Origin: Zygnema circumcarinatum SAG 698-1b
Taxonomy: Eukaryota > Plantae > Zygnematophyceae
Length of the DNA: 64,000 bases
Direction of reading: 5' to 3'
NCBI GenBank assembly: GCA_037447605.1
Contig: CM074810.1
Location: 2,390,880 to 2,454,879, forward strand
Below, piece by piece: positions 1 through 20,299 of this stretch (position 1 is the stretch's first letter; each line of letters opens with the position of its first letter). Made by a program: the position numbers and the translations under genes. Below the pieces are notes generated by a model that searched no databases, had not been told where the DNA came from, and saw nothing but the letters and a program-made list of their open reading frames with translations.

Positions 1-1426
1 CCAGGACGAAAAGCTATCGGCTGCAAGTGGGTATTCAAGGTCAAACGGAAGTCAGATGGGAGTGTTGACAGATTCAAGGCACGGTTAGTGGCCAAAGGGT
101 TCACGTATACTCAAGAGATAGACTATTCTCAGACCTTTGCACCCGCGTCAAGTTTAACTTACCCGAAAGCATTGATCTCTATCATTGAAGAAGGAATGCA
201 CGCCCACCGCTTGACATCAAGATCGCTTCTATGGGGACCTGCTATTGAAATCTACATGCGCAGCCCCCTGAGGGGACTGCTGACAGCGGAACGTATATCT
301 TGTGCGCATTTTGAAAGCCCTTATGGCCTTAAACAAGCAATCGCAGGATCCGTACCGTAAGATCCATGACCTGCTGGTAGTGAACGGCTTCACTCGGTTC
401 CATGCTGACCATTCAGTGTACAAGAAGGGGAAGGGAGGTGCCCAGCTGTTTGTAGGCATCTACGTTGATGACCTGATCATTGTGAGTGCCTCTTTGCCCG
501 CAAGTATTCAGGGTCTCAAAGACCTTCTACAACAGAATTTTCAGATGTCGGACCTCGGCCCTGCAGAATACCTCTTAGGCATCCAGCTTAAGAGGGGGAA
601 GGATGGCAGTATGTTCCTCTGCCAGGAGAAGTACGCTAGAGAAGTTTTGGCGAAATTCAATATGGAGACGTGCATCCCAAGCTCCACCCCCATGGACGCC
701 AGCGTGAAGCTCAGCTGTGACATGAGCCCTCAGACTGAGGCAGAGACGAGAGAGATGATAAAGATTCCATACCGATCTGCCATCGGGAGCTTGATGTACC
801 TCATGGTGGGCACACGCCCTGATCTGACCAAGGCTGTCAGCACTGCAAGCAGGTACATGGAAAATCTTGGGGTCAAGCATTGGGAGGCTGTCAAGAGGAT
901 CTTCAAGTACCTCAAGGGCACATCTCATTTCGGAATTCGGTTTGAGAGGGGGAGCGGCACTCCTGTGTATGGCTACACAGATGCTGATTGGGGCGGGGAC
1001 CTCGATACTTCCAAGTCCACTTCGGGCTATGCTTATCTCTATGCACGTGGGGTCATTTCTTGGAGTTCGAAGTTGCAAGAGACAGTCGCTCTCTCGACCA
1101 CCGAATCCGAATATGTGGCTGCTTGTCACGCCGCTCGGGAAGCCGTGTGGTTATCGTTATTCTTTGAGGAATGTGGGCCCCAACTTCCCTTGCCGATTCT
1201 CACCGACAACCAGTCCTCCATTGCGCTTGTTGAGAATCCAGTGTTTCATCGGCGGAGCAAGCACATCAAGCTCCAATATCATTACACGCGGGAACTAGTG
1301 GAGGCGGGTGAGATCACAGTGTTCTTTGTCGAGACAGAAAACATGGCAGCGGACATGCTTACAAAGGGGGTCAGCGGGCCCATCATGTGGAGGAATGGTC
1401 TTCTACTGGGGTTGGGTCCGTTTTGA
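1..1426 (+). CDS. copia Pol reverse transcriptase/RNase H; several small indels in 1-350, open from about 350 to the TGA at 1426
   Basis: ORF 302..1426 carries YVDD and the RNase H motifs. Upstream RT motifs are split across frames. Confidence 0.9.
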
Positions 1427-1448
1427 GCCTAGGCCCCAAGAGGGGGAA

Positions 1449-1969
1449 TGTTGTACAACACTAGAGACTGTACAACGTTTTGGGACATAGACTCTCTAGG
1501 GAGGTTAGATGCGCCTTGCAAGTGTTAGAGGCGCATGTGTACGGACGCCCCGAGTATACCGCATCGGGTATCGCATCAGATCGGGTAATCGCACTACTTT
1601 TTACCCGGTGTATGAAGTGTACCTGACAAAGATAGATGTACAGAAGCGTGTATGCCGCGATCACACGCGATGAGTCAGCCTTCCTCGACGCTTGAACCTC
1701 TTAATCGATCTAGCCGCTTCGCAGAGCTTGCCGAGACGCTTATCAGAGCTGCAAGGTGTGCTTACGGATATAAAGCGGTTAGTGCAAGGAGGGACAAGTA
1801 GTGTGGCACTGCTTTACATACCTTGTACTCATTCATTGAAAACAAGAGTTTTGGGCCGGTAGGGCTTTTCTCAATCTGTTGAGCTTGTCTTATGTCTGAA
1901 ATGTCTGAGACTGGAGATTCAGGAGGAGGAGACACGGCTAGTGGTAAATCCATGGATGGAGTTACAACA
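1449..1969 (+). repeat. 3' LTR (521 bp)
   Basis: Starts TGTTGTA immediately after the PPT and ends TACAACA, a perfect 7-bp terminal inverted repeat (TG...CA). Internal TATA-like GATATAAAG near 1768. Host exon sequence resumes at 1970. Confidence 0.88.
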
Positions 1970-2055
1970 CTTTTCAGGGTACATCCTTCCTTCTCCCCCA
2001 AAGATCAACTTTTCCCCCTTCTGACATTTCTTCTCTATCTCCTTCCTCTGATCTC

Positions 2056-2148
<93 letters not shown>

Positions 2149-2905
2149 CCTCCTGTCCCAGTTTGTATATCTGTCCCGTCACTCTATATCGAACGGCTTT
2201 ATCAGTTATTTCACTTATCATATTTGATCACTTTCTCCATTTTTCAATGCAGCTTATGCTCAACGGGGCGAGCCGAACTTTGCTTCCAAAGCTGTGAGGT
2301 TTCGTTTTGGATACGTTCCATGAAAGGACTGGAACAGAACGGAGCGCAACGCAACTGAATGGCATGAAATTATATCGGCTCGATATCTCGATAACCCTTC
2401 GACCTGCTATGAATGGACCTACGAATCTCCGATTTACCCCATGGAATTGGTCAGTTTTAGGTCAATTTTTCAAAAAGTCATTATCCATTTTGCGTGCCGT
2501 CTGATTTTTTCTCGACGAGTTGGTCGACCTGACATGCTCCTTTGGTTTCCATGCTCTCCGTTTAAAGGCGGACGTCCTTCAACGGTTTCCGTTGCCCCAA
2601 CCGGTTCTATGCATTGGAGGGATCGTACAAGTGGAGCTGCTCGGAAGCGTTCAAAAGGACTCCTCCCATCGGTGCTTTATTAGGTAAGCATATTATATAT
2701 CCTATCATTTATTTTGCTTAATCATAAATTTGATGACCGCTCTAAGGCTACTTAAACACTTGCTGAAATGTCAAAGCCTTGAAAACGATCGGCTGGAGAA
2801 CCCTAAATCTGTATGCTTTGAAGCTTACAAAAAATCCCAATTGCTATAATCTCGTAACATTTTTCCATATTCAATATATGTATTTTTTCTTCTCTATCTC
2901 GCTTA

Positions 2906-3002
<97 letters not shown>

Positions 3003-3321
3003 TCTCTTCTTCTTCTTCTTCTCTTCTTCTTCTTCTCTTCTTCTTCTTCTCTCTCTTCGCTTTCCTCCCCCCTCTCTCTACTTCTTTTGTAGCATTCACC
3101 ACGTCAAAGCTGTTGGGCGACCTCTGCCTCAGTTTCGGTTCGACCTGACAGAGGACTGTCGGCAGTTCATCCTTCAGTTCAACGGAAACGGAGAAACTGG
3201 AACTGGAACTGGAAACAGGTCGCTTGATCCAAGTCAGTTTTCGAATGAATTCATTCAACGTTTTCAGGAAATTCAACTTCTTGTTCATGAGAGAATGGTG
3301 TTGTTTAACCTTCACCTTTAA
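1970..3321 (+). pseudogene. 3' part of an At4g00755-like F-box paralogue, interrupted by the copia element and carrying an in-frame TGA
   Basis: Exon remnants 1970-1978 (.PFQ), 2253-~2450 (AYAQRGEPNFASKAVRFRFGYVP*KDW..YEWTYESPIYPMEL; TGA 2321-2323), ~2564-2683 (LQRFPLPQPVLCIGGIVQVELLG) and 3093-3321 (IHHVKAVGRPLPQFRFDL). Collinear with exons 5-8 of the gene at 6890-11058, introns included. Confidence 0.9.
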
Positions 3322-3411
3322 CCTGAGATGTGCGCATGAATGACAGAGAGGACTAGTAAGCATGCGCAAGGGGGGGAGTGAGAGAGTGCGCGAGAGAGAG
3401 AGTGGGAGGGG

Positions 3412-4004
<593 letters not shown>

Positions 4005-4433
4005 GAAGGAGAAACTTTGAGGAAAGGAAGAGAATGAGGAAAAATAAGAATCAGCCCCATGGCAACGCTATCACATGGGTTGTATGGCGAATCTTTACAT
4101 CCTTGTGATTTGCACTTTTTAATGAGTAGCGGTGTAGATGCCAAGGAGGTCTGGTCCGAACCTGGCTGGAGGCGAGGAGTTAGATTCTACATTGGTATCG
4201 AACTGGGGTAGTATTTAAATCCACGCCTAAAAGCTGCAGTGATCTCCGGCGTGAATACGGTGGGTTGGCGGAAAGTGCGAGGCAAGTATATCAGCCATGT
4301 GTTGAAGGAGAGCACGAGCGTTGCGCAAGTAGAAAAGCCTTATTGCCTTCGAGGGCGAGCAGGATTTAGGTGGGGAGGAATGTAGCGAAACGCTATACAT
4401 GGGTTGTATGGCCGAGTACTTACATCCGCGGTT

Positions 4434-4499
4434 GCCTTTTAATGGTAAAGCACTGGTGTGGGTACCGGGAGGTCCTGAGTTCGAACCCTGCTGGAGGCA
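4434..4499 (+). pseudogene. degenerate tRNA-like sequence (tRNA pseudogene or SINE head); more decayed copy at about 4110-4175
   Basis: AATGGTAAAGC (D-loop/A-box-like), CTGGT..ACCGG stem, GAGTTCGAACCC (T-loop/B-box) and 3' CTGGAGGCA. Acceptor stem and anticodon loop are imperfect. Confidence 0.55.
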
Positions 4500-4894
4500 G
4501 GTTCGTTACATCCACCCTACAAACCCTCAAGACTCCATGAACTTGAGTAGTTGAAGTTTCCGTTTGCGGTTTGCTGCAGGGTAGAGGCACACCTGTATAG
4601 ATTTGGGTGTTTTGGGATGTGGAGATGCGAACAGGCACAGGCCGGGGCTAGGGAGGGAATGGGAGTCACATGTGCGGCATTGTTACGGAATCAGTTGCGC
4701 TAATTGTGGACTGCTAGAGTTTGGTTTCCATGCGTTGCTCCAGTTGTTTGTTCCGTGTGGGGGGCCATATTGAAGGGGGAAATTTGGATGAGCGTGTTTG
4801 TGGGAGGGGAAAGAGGGAGGGAGAGGGGGAGAGGGAGAGGGAGAGGAAGAGGAGATTAAAGGGGGAACTAGAGGGGAGGGAGACAGAGGTGGAG

Positions 4895-5190
4895 AGGGAC
4901 TTTTTACAACAGCTGACCAAGTTATTGGCTTTGCGAAATCAATCCCCTTTGTGATTGCTTACAAGTCGGCAGAGGCTTTTGAGACGACTCCATTTTGTCT
5001 ATTGCAGCTTTGTCGTAATGTACAGCTTGTACCCGTCAAGGACCTCATGGATAAGAAAGCTTTTTTTTCCCAAGCACAGAAAGAAAGAAAAACAGGACTT
5101 CAATTTGGGTTGTTAGGGCCGTTTTTAGGGAAGCTCTTTGCTATTTAATTTGGTGAAACATTGGAATGTGAAGAAAGCAGCAGAGGGGGC
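4895..5190 (+). repeat. duplicated downstream flank, paralogous to about 11530-11820
   Basis: Shared text such as AATCCCCTTTGT.ATTGCTTACAAG and GGGTTGTTAGGGCC.TTTTTAGGGAAGCTCTTTGCTATTTAATTTG. Confidence 0.9.
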
Positions 5191-5809
5191 ATACAGTTCT
5201 AGCCAGTTCCAGTTCCAGTTCCAGTTCTAGTTCCAGTTCCAGTTCCAGCTCCAGTTCCATCTTTGGTTGCACTTACAGTTGCAATTTTAATGTGAAAGTG
5301 AAATCTGCTCATGCGAAAGCATTTGCTCTTCTATTTTTAGTGGTGTGCACCAGATCGGTTCATGCTCGTCAGGTCCGTTTTTTTCCACGCTCGCCCACCC
5401 ACTCCGTTAAGGCCGGTTATGCCGTACAGACAGGAAGGATAATTTCACTGTCCAAATTTTGTTACAACCAATCAGGGGTCGTCAAGAGATTCGCTGAATC
5501 AGTTACTCCTGCATGTCAGCTCCCGAGTCGGCCCAATCTCAAAGCGATCCCTGATTGGGTGCTGGAAGATTTGATCCGTGAAATTTTCCTTTTCGTCTGT
5601 GCGCCTCAACAAGACCTATGTCGAAAAGGACGCAGTTAACCCGTTCTCAGTTGCTGCTTACGTGGACCCTAAAGTCAACGCCCCGGACCCTACAATCCAT
5701 TTCCAACCACGTTGAAAGAGAGCTTTTCCTGCCACGGGTCGCCAAGTGGCAGCAACCTCTCAGATACCGCCACGTGGCACTCATTCACCACGTTCCCTCT
5801 CAGGAGGCG

Positions 5810-5914
5810 CTCCTCCAGGGTCTTCCAGACGATGTGGCGCTCCACGTGGTCGCCCGATTGCCACGTGAGCAGCTCGCCCCCGCTCGACACGTGTCGCGCG
5901 CATGGGCGGCCGTA
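5810..5914 (+). pseudogene. isolated F-box motif of the F-box/kelch type
   Basis: LLQGLPDDVALHVVARLPREQLAPARHVSRAWAAV within ORF 5618..6217. No kelch repeats or further exons recognised. Confidence 0.55.
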
Positions 5915-6889
5915 CGGTTAAAGGTTGTGGGTCAGTTCCCGCCTTTCGGGCTGTTGAGGTTTCGGTTTTTCACGCTCCACGTCGCCTTGAGCTCGCTTCC
6001 ACCGGGCGCTCCGCCTGAAGGCCGCCATTGGCCGGAGGAGGAATGTCCGTACAATCCCCTCGCTCCCTCGACCCTTCGAATCTTCGTGAACCTTCGAGAC
6101 CACGCATGCGCTTCGTCGATGTCCACGTGTCAGCATCCCCTCGCCTCGAGAATGCGAACCGTCGTCATCTCAATTAAGGCAAATCCGCAGGCAATCGCTG
6201 CATGCCACGTGGAATAACTAAACTACTGTAATTCATTCTGAAATATCTCGAAGTTGTCGCGGCCAATCGCAGCTAGCCACGTGTCCACGCTTGACTCCTC
6301 GTGTTCAGACCGCTCGAACAGGACCTAGTGCCCTGTTCCCACTATGACTAGATCACCTAAGGACGACCGTCACGAGCTAAGGACTGTACGGTGTACTTTC
6401 TAGGCCTATACAGTACCCCTTCTGTACACTAACAGGAGCTGGTGTCCGTACTAACCGTACTAGCCGTACTAGCTGTACTTAGCCTCTTGGGCTTTTACGC
6501 AAAAGTCACCTAATCTCCCCGCACTCGTCGTAAGAGGCGCTCGCTCTTCTCCCCTTCTCACTTGGCTTCTATACGATACGATACAATACGGTACGTATCG
6601 ATACGGCGATATTCGTAAAGCCATACGAGCTGTAGTAGCCGGTACGGTACGATGCGGTACGATATGCCAGGAAACGATACGATACGATATGTACAAACAT
6701 ACATGAACTCTAACATAATTCCGCTCGCCTATTGGTAACACGGACCTCGTACTTGCCAAAAACAATATTTTCGCCCGCAGGTGGAAAATATGACGAGGAC
6801 CCCCTGTACTGTACACTTACAGGAGGGGCGCGGCTGCTGTGCAGGAAAAGCGCGTGGGAGGAGAGCCGACGAGGGGAATACGGTGATCA

Positions 6890-9800
6890 ATGGCACTCAT
6901 GGCGTGGAAGTCGAGGGCGGGGAAATTGGATTATCACAGTTCTTATTTCATTGGAACAGAGGAGATTAAGATCAATGATTGCGTAGCATTTCCTGCTACG
7001 GGGCCGGATGCTCTTCCGCACATCGGAAAAGTTCGAGATATATGGACGGAGTGGGCAACAAGGAGGCCGTTCGTGAGGGTGCGCTGGTTTTATCGGCCGG
7101 AGGAAGTGCAATTGAAGGAGGGAAGCCGGGAAATTCTCGATCGTTATGCAAACGAGTTATTCTTGGCAGGAGGATGGGGGGCAGGGGCTGAAGACAAGGT
7201 TGATCTGGTAGGACTTTAATCCACCAATCAGACTTTTTGCAGTGTCTCTGTTTTTTGCTTAATTAGCTGTGCTGAAACTTGGGACACAGGGTGCGTTTCT
7301 GGGATACAAGTCAAATAATCGCCAGTTTTTGTCCATTCATGGTACAGTAGAGCCATTTCCATTGGTAAAGCTCTGCTACTTCTTTACATTTTGTCTTAAA
7401 AGGTAAGGGCATTGCCTTTGCTCCAAAAACTGTTTTTGTTTTAGGCTTTTCCTTTTGCGCTCCTTGTCTTTACTGTAAAATTTCCAACGTGTTGAGAAGT
7501 CCAATCCCTTGAGTTGCAGTATGCTATATCAAGGAAAGCCATTGTGCTGTGTTTAGCGAACCACCCTCAGAATCCTTTGCCAAAGTATGTGGACATCTCC
7601 CGTGCGGATGCTGTGTTCCGACGAATTTATGATGTGACCGCGAATACTCTGTATCCAGTCGACGAGGCACTCGTGGACATGCAAGGTGAGAGTAGCCATT
7701 AAAATGATAGACTGCTGTGTCCTTAAATTCGGCAAGCATTTTTCTACTTCTGCTGTAGGGGCAGTTGCGGATATGGCATGGTTCGTATGGGGTTTTGTTA
7801 GCCATTTAAGGTTGCAGTAAACATGATTGTGTTTATGCGTTGGCTTGATTCATTGCAGCTGAAGTCATGTTTAATAAACCTGAATGGTTTTCACATTTAT
7901 CAGCACATGTTGAGAGGCAACAGGCAGAAGGGTTTGAGACTCCGGGAGGGTTCCCAAACACGGAGGGAGTGGGAGGGAGTAGTACCTATGAGAGGGAGAC
8001 TGGGAGGAGGCCTATGGATGTTCCTACATATCAGAGGTGGGCGGAAGAGGGAGAGGGAGAGGGAGAGGGAGAGGACCGCTTCCACGCCCTTGACGACGAA
8101 GCACTTTCAAAAGTGCTGGCGATTCTGTCGCATCCCCGCGACCTCGCCGCCGCCATGACCGTCTGCAGGCGGTGCTTCGCACTCGGTGAGGGAGGGAGAG
8201 AGGGAGGGAGGGAGGAAGGGAGGGAGGGACGGTGGAATGGAGAGAGGGTGGGAGGAAGGAAGGGATTAAGGGAGGGGGGAGGAAGGAAGGGGAAGGAGGG
8301 AGGTAGGGAGGGATGGAGCGAGGGAGGGAGGGAGGGAGGGAGGGTGGGAGGGAGGGGGGGACGGAGGGAGGGGCAAGGAGGGAGGGAGGGAAAGAGAGCC
8401 GGGATCGGGGGGAGGGAGGGGGGGGGTGGAGGGAGGAAACGAGAGGGGGGTGGGGAAGGGGGAGAGGTATGGGGAGAGGGAGGGATGGTTGAGAAGGGGA
8501 AGAGGGAGAGAAAGAGGAAGAGTGGGGGGGAGGGCGGCGAGAGGGGGCGAGGGCAGAATGATGGAGAGAAGGGGAAAGCGGGAAGGGGAGAGATTGCTGA
8601 GGGAGATGGGAATGAGGTAGAGGCTCGAAAGTGAGAGAGTGGGTTTGAGAGCGGCAGAGAGAGATAATTAGAAAAAGAGAGGGGGGGAGGGTGAGAGAGA
8701 GAGAAAAACCTGACCCGAATTTTTCATTTCCCTGTCTGAATTGCAGGTGCGGAGAGACAGCTCTGGAGATCCCTCTGCATGAGACTGTCCTCCGCTGACG
8801 CCCTCAACAGAGTGATCGGCTTTCAACCCCATCCCTCCCTCTCCCTCCATCCCCCTCTCCCTCACACACCTTCCATCAACCGAACTCGTCCCGATTGCCG
8901 TCAAATTACCACACTTCGAGACGGCTCCTTTTATCAGAATATGGAAAATGCAAGTTTCGTAGGATCAAGTTCTGGAAGAGGCTCTTCTTCTTCTTCTTCT
9001 TCTTCTTCTTCTTCTTCATCTTCTTCTTCTTCTTCTTCTTCTCCTTCATCCTCTTTTCAAAGCTCTCAGGACTTTCTCTTCGAAAAAGTAAGGATGGAAT
9101 CGCAAGCGTTTGCTGCGCTTGCGTGGCAGTTAGTCGCTCCACCGCAGGCAATGGGAAACTGTATCCGTTACTTGTTACATGAGTCCCATACGCATGAAGA
9201 TAGGGAGCACGGGGCAGCGTTCACATATGAACTCGAAAGTCGAGTCTGTTTGGTGAGTCTATTTGGGTCAAACTTCGGGATTCTCAATTTTCTGGGTTAC
9301 ATCTAAGGTTTCAGGAGTTTATGGAGTTTGGGTTATTTTATTTTAGAGTGGTCTCCAGTTTCCAGTTTTTCGGCGTTCTTGGTGCAGTTCTGGGGTATGT
9401 TGAGTGTTTGATGCCAACCCTAACGTTATCCCTAATTCGGATGATAAGTTCAAGTTAGATTCAATTCCAATAAGTAAGTAATTATCAACCTTAAGTATCA
9501 ACCTCAAGTTAACCTTAAACCTAGACTTAAAGTTAATCCGTTTTACTTCTTGTATTGATCATGACCTTAAGCCTAATCTTCTCTGATACGATAACCCTAA
9601 TGATAAGAACTTCAAGGCAAATTTGTAATTCTAACTATTAGGTCTTAACTCAAGTCGAGCCTTTTGTTAACCTTGACAAATGGTTAGGGTTTGAGTGAAC
9701 CTCATTTGCACTTCACTGACTAACTTCTCTTCATCACCTTTTTTCCCCCACTCCCACTCCGTCTCCCTCTCCCTCACCCCCCCTCTCTTTCTCTCTCTTC

Positions 9801-11058
9801 CTCTCTTCTCTCCCTCTCCTTTGCTTCTCCTCGTTTTCCTCTACAGGTACATGAGATGATGGTGCGGCCACAGCGAGGTACATCCTTCCCTCTCCCCCAC
9901 CCATCTCCCCCTCTCTCCATCTCTCTCTCTCTCTCCCTCTCCCTCTCCCTCTCTCTCTCTCCCTCTCTCTCTCTCTCTCTCCCTCCCTCTCTCACTCTCT
10001 CTCCCACTCTCTACCCCTCCTGTCTCAGTTTGTATATCTCTCTCGTCACTCTGAATCGAACGGCTATATCAGTAATTTCAATTATCGTATTTGATCCCTT
10101 ACTCCATTTTTAAATGCAGTTTTTCGTAGGCGCGAGCCGGTCTTCTCTCCCAACGCTGTGAGGTTTCGTTTCGGATACGCTCCATGCAAGGACTGGAACA
10201 GAACGGAGCGAAAAGCAACTGCACAGCATGAATCTATATCGGCTCGATATGTCGATAACACTTCGACCTCCTATGAATGGACCTACGAATCTCCGATTAA
10301 CCCCATGGAAGAGGTCAGTTCTAGGTCAATTTTTTCAAAAATCATTAATCATTTTGCGTGCCTTGTGAAAAGAAATTCGACGAGTTGGTCGACCTGACAT
10401 GCTCCTTTGGTTTCCATGCTCTCCGTTTAAAGGCGGACGTCCTTCAACGGTTCCCGTTGCCCCAACCGGTTCTATGCATTGGAGGGATCGTACGAGTGGA
10501 GCTGCTCGGAAGCGTTCATACTGGCTCTCCCCGCCCGTACTTTATTCTGTAAGCATATTATATATCCTATTATTTATTTTGCTCAATCATTAATTTGATG
10601 ACCGCTAGTTATCTGTGTCGAGTAATTCAAGTGCTAAAACAAACAATGCTACTCAAACAATAGCTGAAATGTCAAAGCCTTGAAAAAGATTGGCCGTTGA
10701 ACCCTAAATCTGTATGCTTTTGAGCTTACCAAAAACCCTAATTGCTCTAATCTCGTATATTTTTTCCATACATATAAGATATATATTTTCTCTCTCCCCC
10801 CCTCTCTCTCTCTCTCTCTCCCTCTCTCACTCTCTTTCTGTCTCTCTCGCTCTCTCTCTTTATTTGGGCAGCATCTCTCAAGTCAGAGCTCTTGGGCGAC
10901 CTCTGCCTCAGTTTCAGTTCGACCTGACAGAGGACTGTCGGCAGTTCATCCTTCGGTTCAACGGAAACGGGGGAACTGGAAACAGGTCGTTTGATCCACT
11001 TGATCGGAGGGGAAGAGGGAGGAAGTGGGTGGTAGAGGGAGAGGGAGAGGACGAGTGA
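6890..11058 (+). CDS. BAH domain (ASI1-like) fused to an At4g00755-like F-box protein, 8 exons
   Basis: Exons 6890-7207, 7520-7685, 7859-8185, 8747-9252, 9847-9877, 10120-10313, 10433-10548, 10872-11058; all GT-AG with compatible phases. BAH part: INDCVAF..HIGKVRDIW..VRVRWFYRPEE..NELFLAGG..YAISRKAIVLC..QNPLP..ADAVFRRIYDV. F-box part: LDDEALSKVLAILSHPRDLAAAMTVCRR..LWRSLCMR. C-terminal part: VRPQRVF..AVRFRFGY..WTYESP..PM..LQRFPLPQPVLCIGGIVRVELLG..GRPL. Confidence 0.85.
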
Positions 11059-12690
11059 AATGGAGAGGGAGAGGGAAAAGGAGAGGAGAGGAAGAAGGAG
11101 AAAGAAATGGAGTGGGAGAGAGAGTGGGAGAAGGAAAGGGAGAGGGGAGCGGGAGGTAGAGGAAGAGATAGAGAGGGCCTTTCAGCATAGTTTCCTGCCT
11201 CTATAGCTTGGACTGTCTTAAGAACTAATTGTGCTCCCTTGTGTTGAAGGCGCTCAAATAAAGTTTTGGCTGTGTCATAGGCAGAGATGTGATGGGCTCT
11301 TTTTCCTGAAAAAAAGGATATGGCCGCTGTCCATTGCTTCTTCTAAAAATAAAGTAGTGACCCTCACCCTATCTTATGTTGACAGTTATTAAGTTTCAGG
11401 AATCAAAAAAGGAAAAATCTGGAACGACGCATTCGGAAGAACCCATGTTGTGATAGGGAGTAGTACTTGAAAAAAATAACTTGTGAAACTTTCAGCCAAT
11501 CATCAATCAATTTAACACCTGGGGTAATACAAAACTTTTTACAACACCTGATTAAGTTAGTCAATCCCCTTTGTTATTGCTTACAAGCCGACAGAGGCTT
11601 TTGAGAGGACTCCATTTTGTCTATTACAGCTTTGTCGTAATGTACAGCTTGTACCCGTCAAGCATCGCACGTATAAGAAAGCTATTTTTCCCAAGCACAG
11701 AAAGAAAGAAAGAAAGAAAGGCACTTCAATTCGGGTTGTTAGGGCCCTTTTTAGGGAAGCTCTTTGCTATTTAATTTGTTGTAACATCGGAATGTGAAGA
11801 AAGCAGCAGAGGGGGCAGAAAGGCTTCTCCTTGCTCTCGCGGTTACTCATTGGAGGGAGGGTCCCTTGCGGAGATCTTTAAGAATTTCTTACCGATTGTA
11901 CGGAAAGTACGGAGGGTTTTTAGTTCCTAGAAGGCGAAGGCAATGCGAGGGTCCCTCTGGAATGGCCCAAAGGCGGAACAAAATTCAAGTTTTGCCGTGC
12001 CTCTGAAAATTGGGGTTCTCACGAATCGATGATTATTAGTTTCCTTGTGTTTCAATCAAAAACTTATGGGCTTCAAAAAATGAAAAAAAAGGGCCAATCC
12101 CTCCGAGAGCGAGCTTCACTGCAGTGGGGATGCAATGGACGGTCGCGATGAGTCGATATGAATGCATTGGGACTACATCTGATATCGTATCGTATCGCAT
12201 TTCGTAGTATCGTACAATTTCGTCTTGAATACCATGTACAGTATTGTACATTATTGTATCGTATCGTAAAGTAGTATAGTAATCATATTCAATATCGTCA
12301 TATTGTATCCATTTTAACGTATCGTATCGTATCGTATCGTATTGTATCATACTTGGGTTCATGTGCATGTGATGCCACGTCATAACTGAAAGCACTGTTG
12401 CAGTTTACCCTAAACTGTTAGGGTTAGGAGGCCCAGTGATAGCTGGCAGTAGTAGCTGCACAGAGAGGCAGAGAGAGAGAGAGAGTCACAGAGGGTGAGA
12501 GAGGGGGACAGCGAGAGGTATGTCGAAGAGGTGAGAGAGGGAGAGGGGGGAGAGGGATAGAAAGGAGAGAGAGACACAGGGGGTGAGAGAGAGCCAGGTA
12601 TGTCGAAGAGGTGAGAGAGGGAGAGGGGGAGCGGGAGAGAAAGGAAAGAGAGAGAGAGAGAGAGCGAGAGAGAGACAGAGAGAGAGAGAG

Positions 12691-20299
<7,609 letters not shown>

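Larger units (their letters stand above)
1..1969 (+). mobile_element. Ty1/copia LTR retrotransposon, 3' portion (RT, RNase H, PPT, 3' LTR); continues left of the window
   Basis: Frame 1 from base 1 reads PGRKAIGCKWVFKVKRKSDGSVDRFKARLVAKGF (copia RT start), followed by YGLKQA, YVDDL, RPDL, YTDADWGGD, TTESEY and ADMLTK in RT-then-RNase H order. Polypurine tract AAGAGGGGGAA at 1438-1448 precedes the LTR. Confidence 0.96.

Noticed and set aside
2321-2323. TGA aligned to Cys (TGC) in the paralogue as possible selenocysteine
   Set aside because: The gene copy is already broken by a retrotransposon, no SECIS was recognised, and a single C-to-A change explains it.
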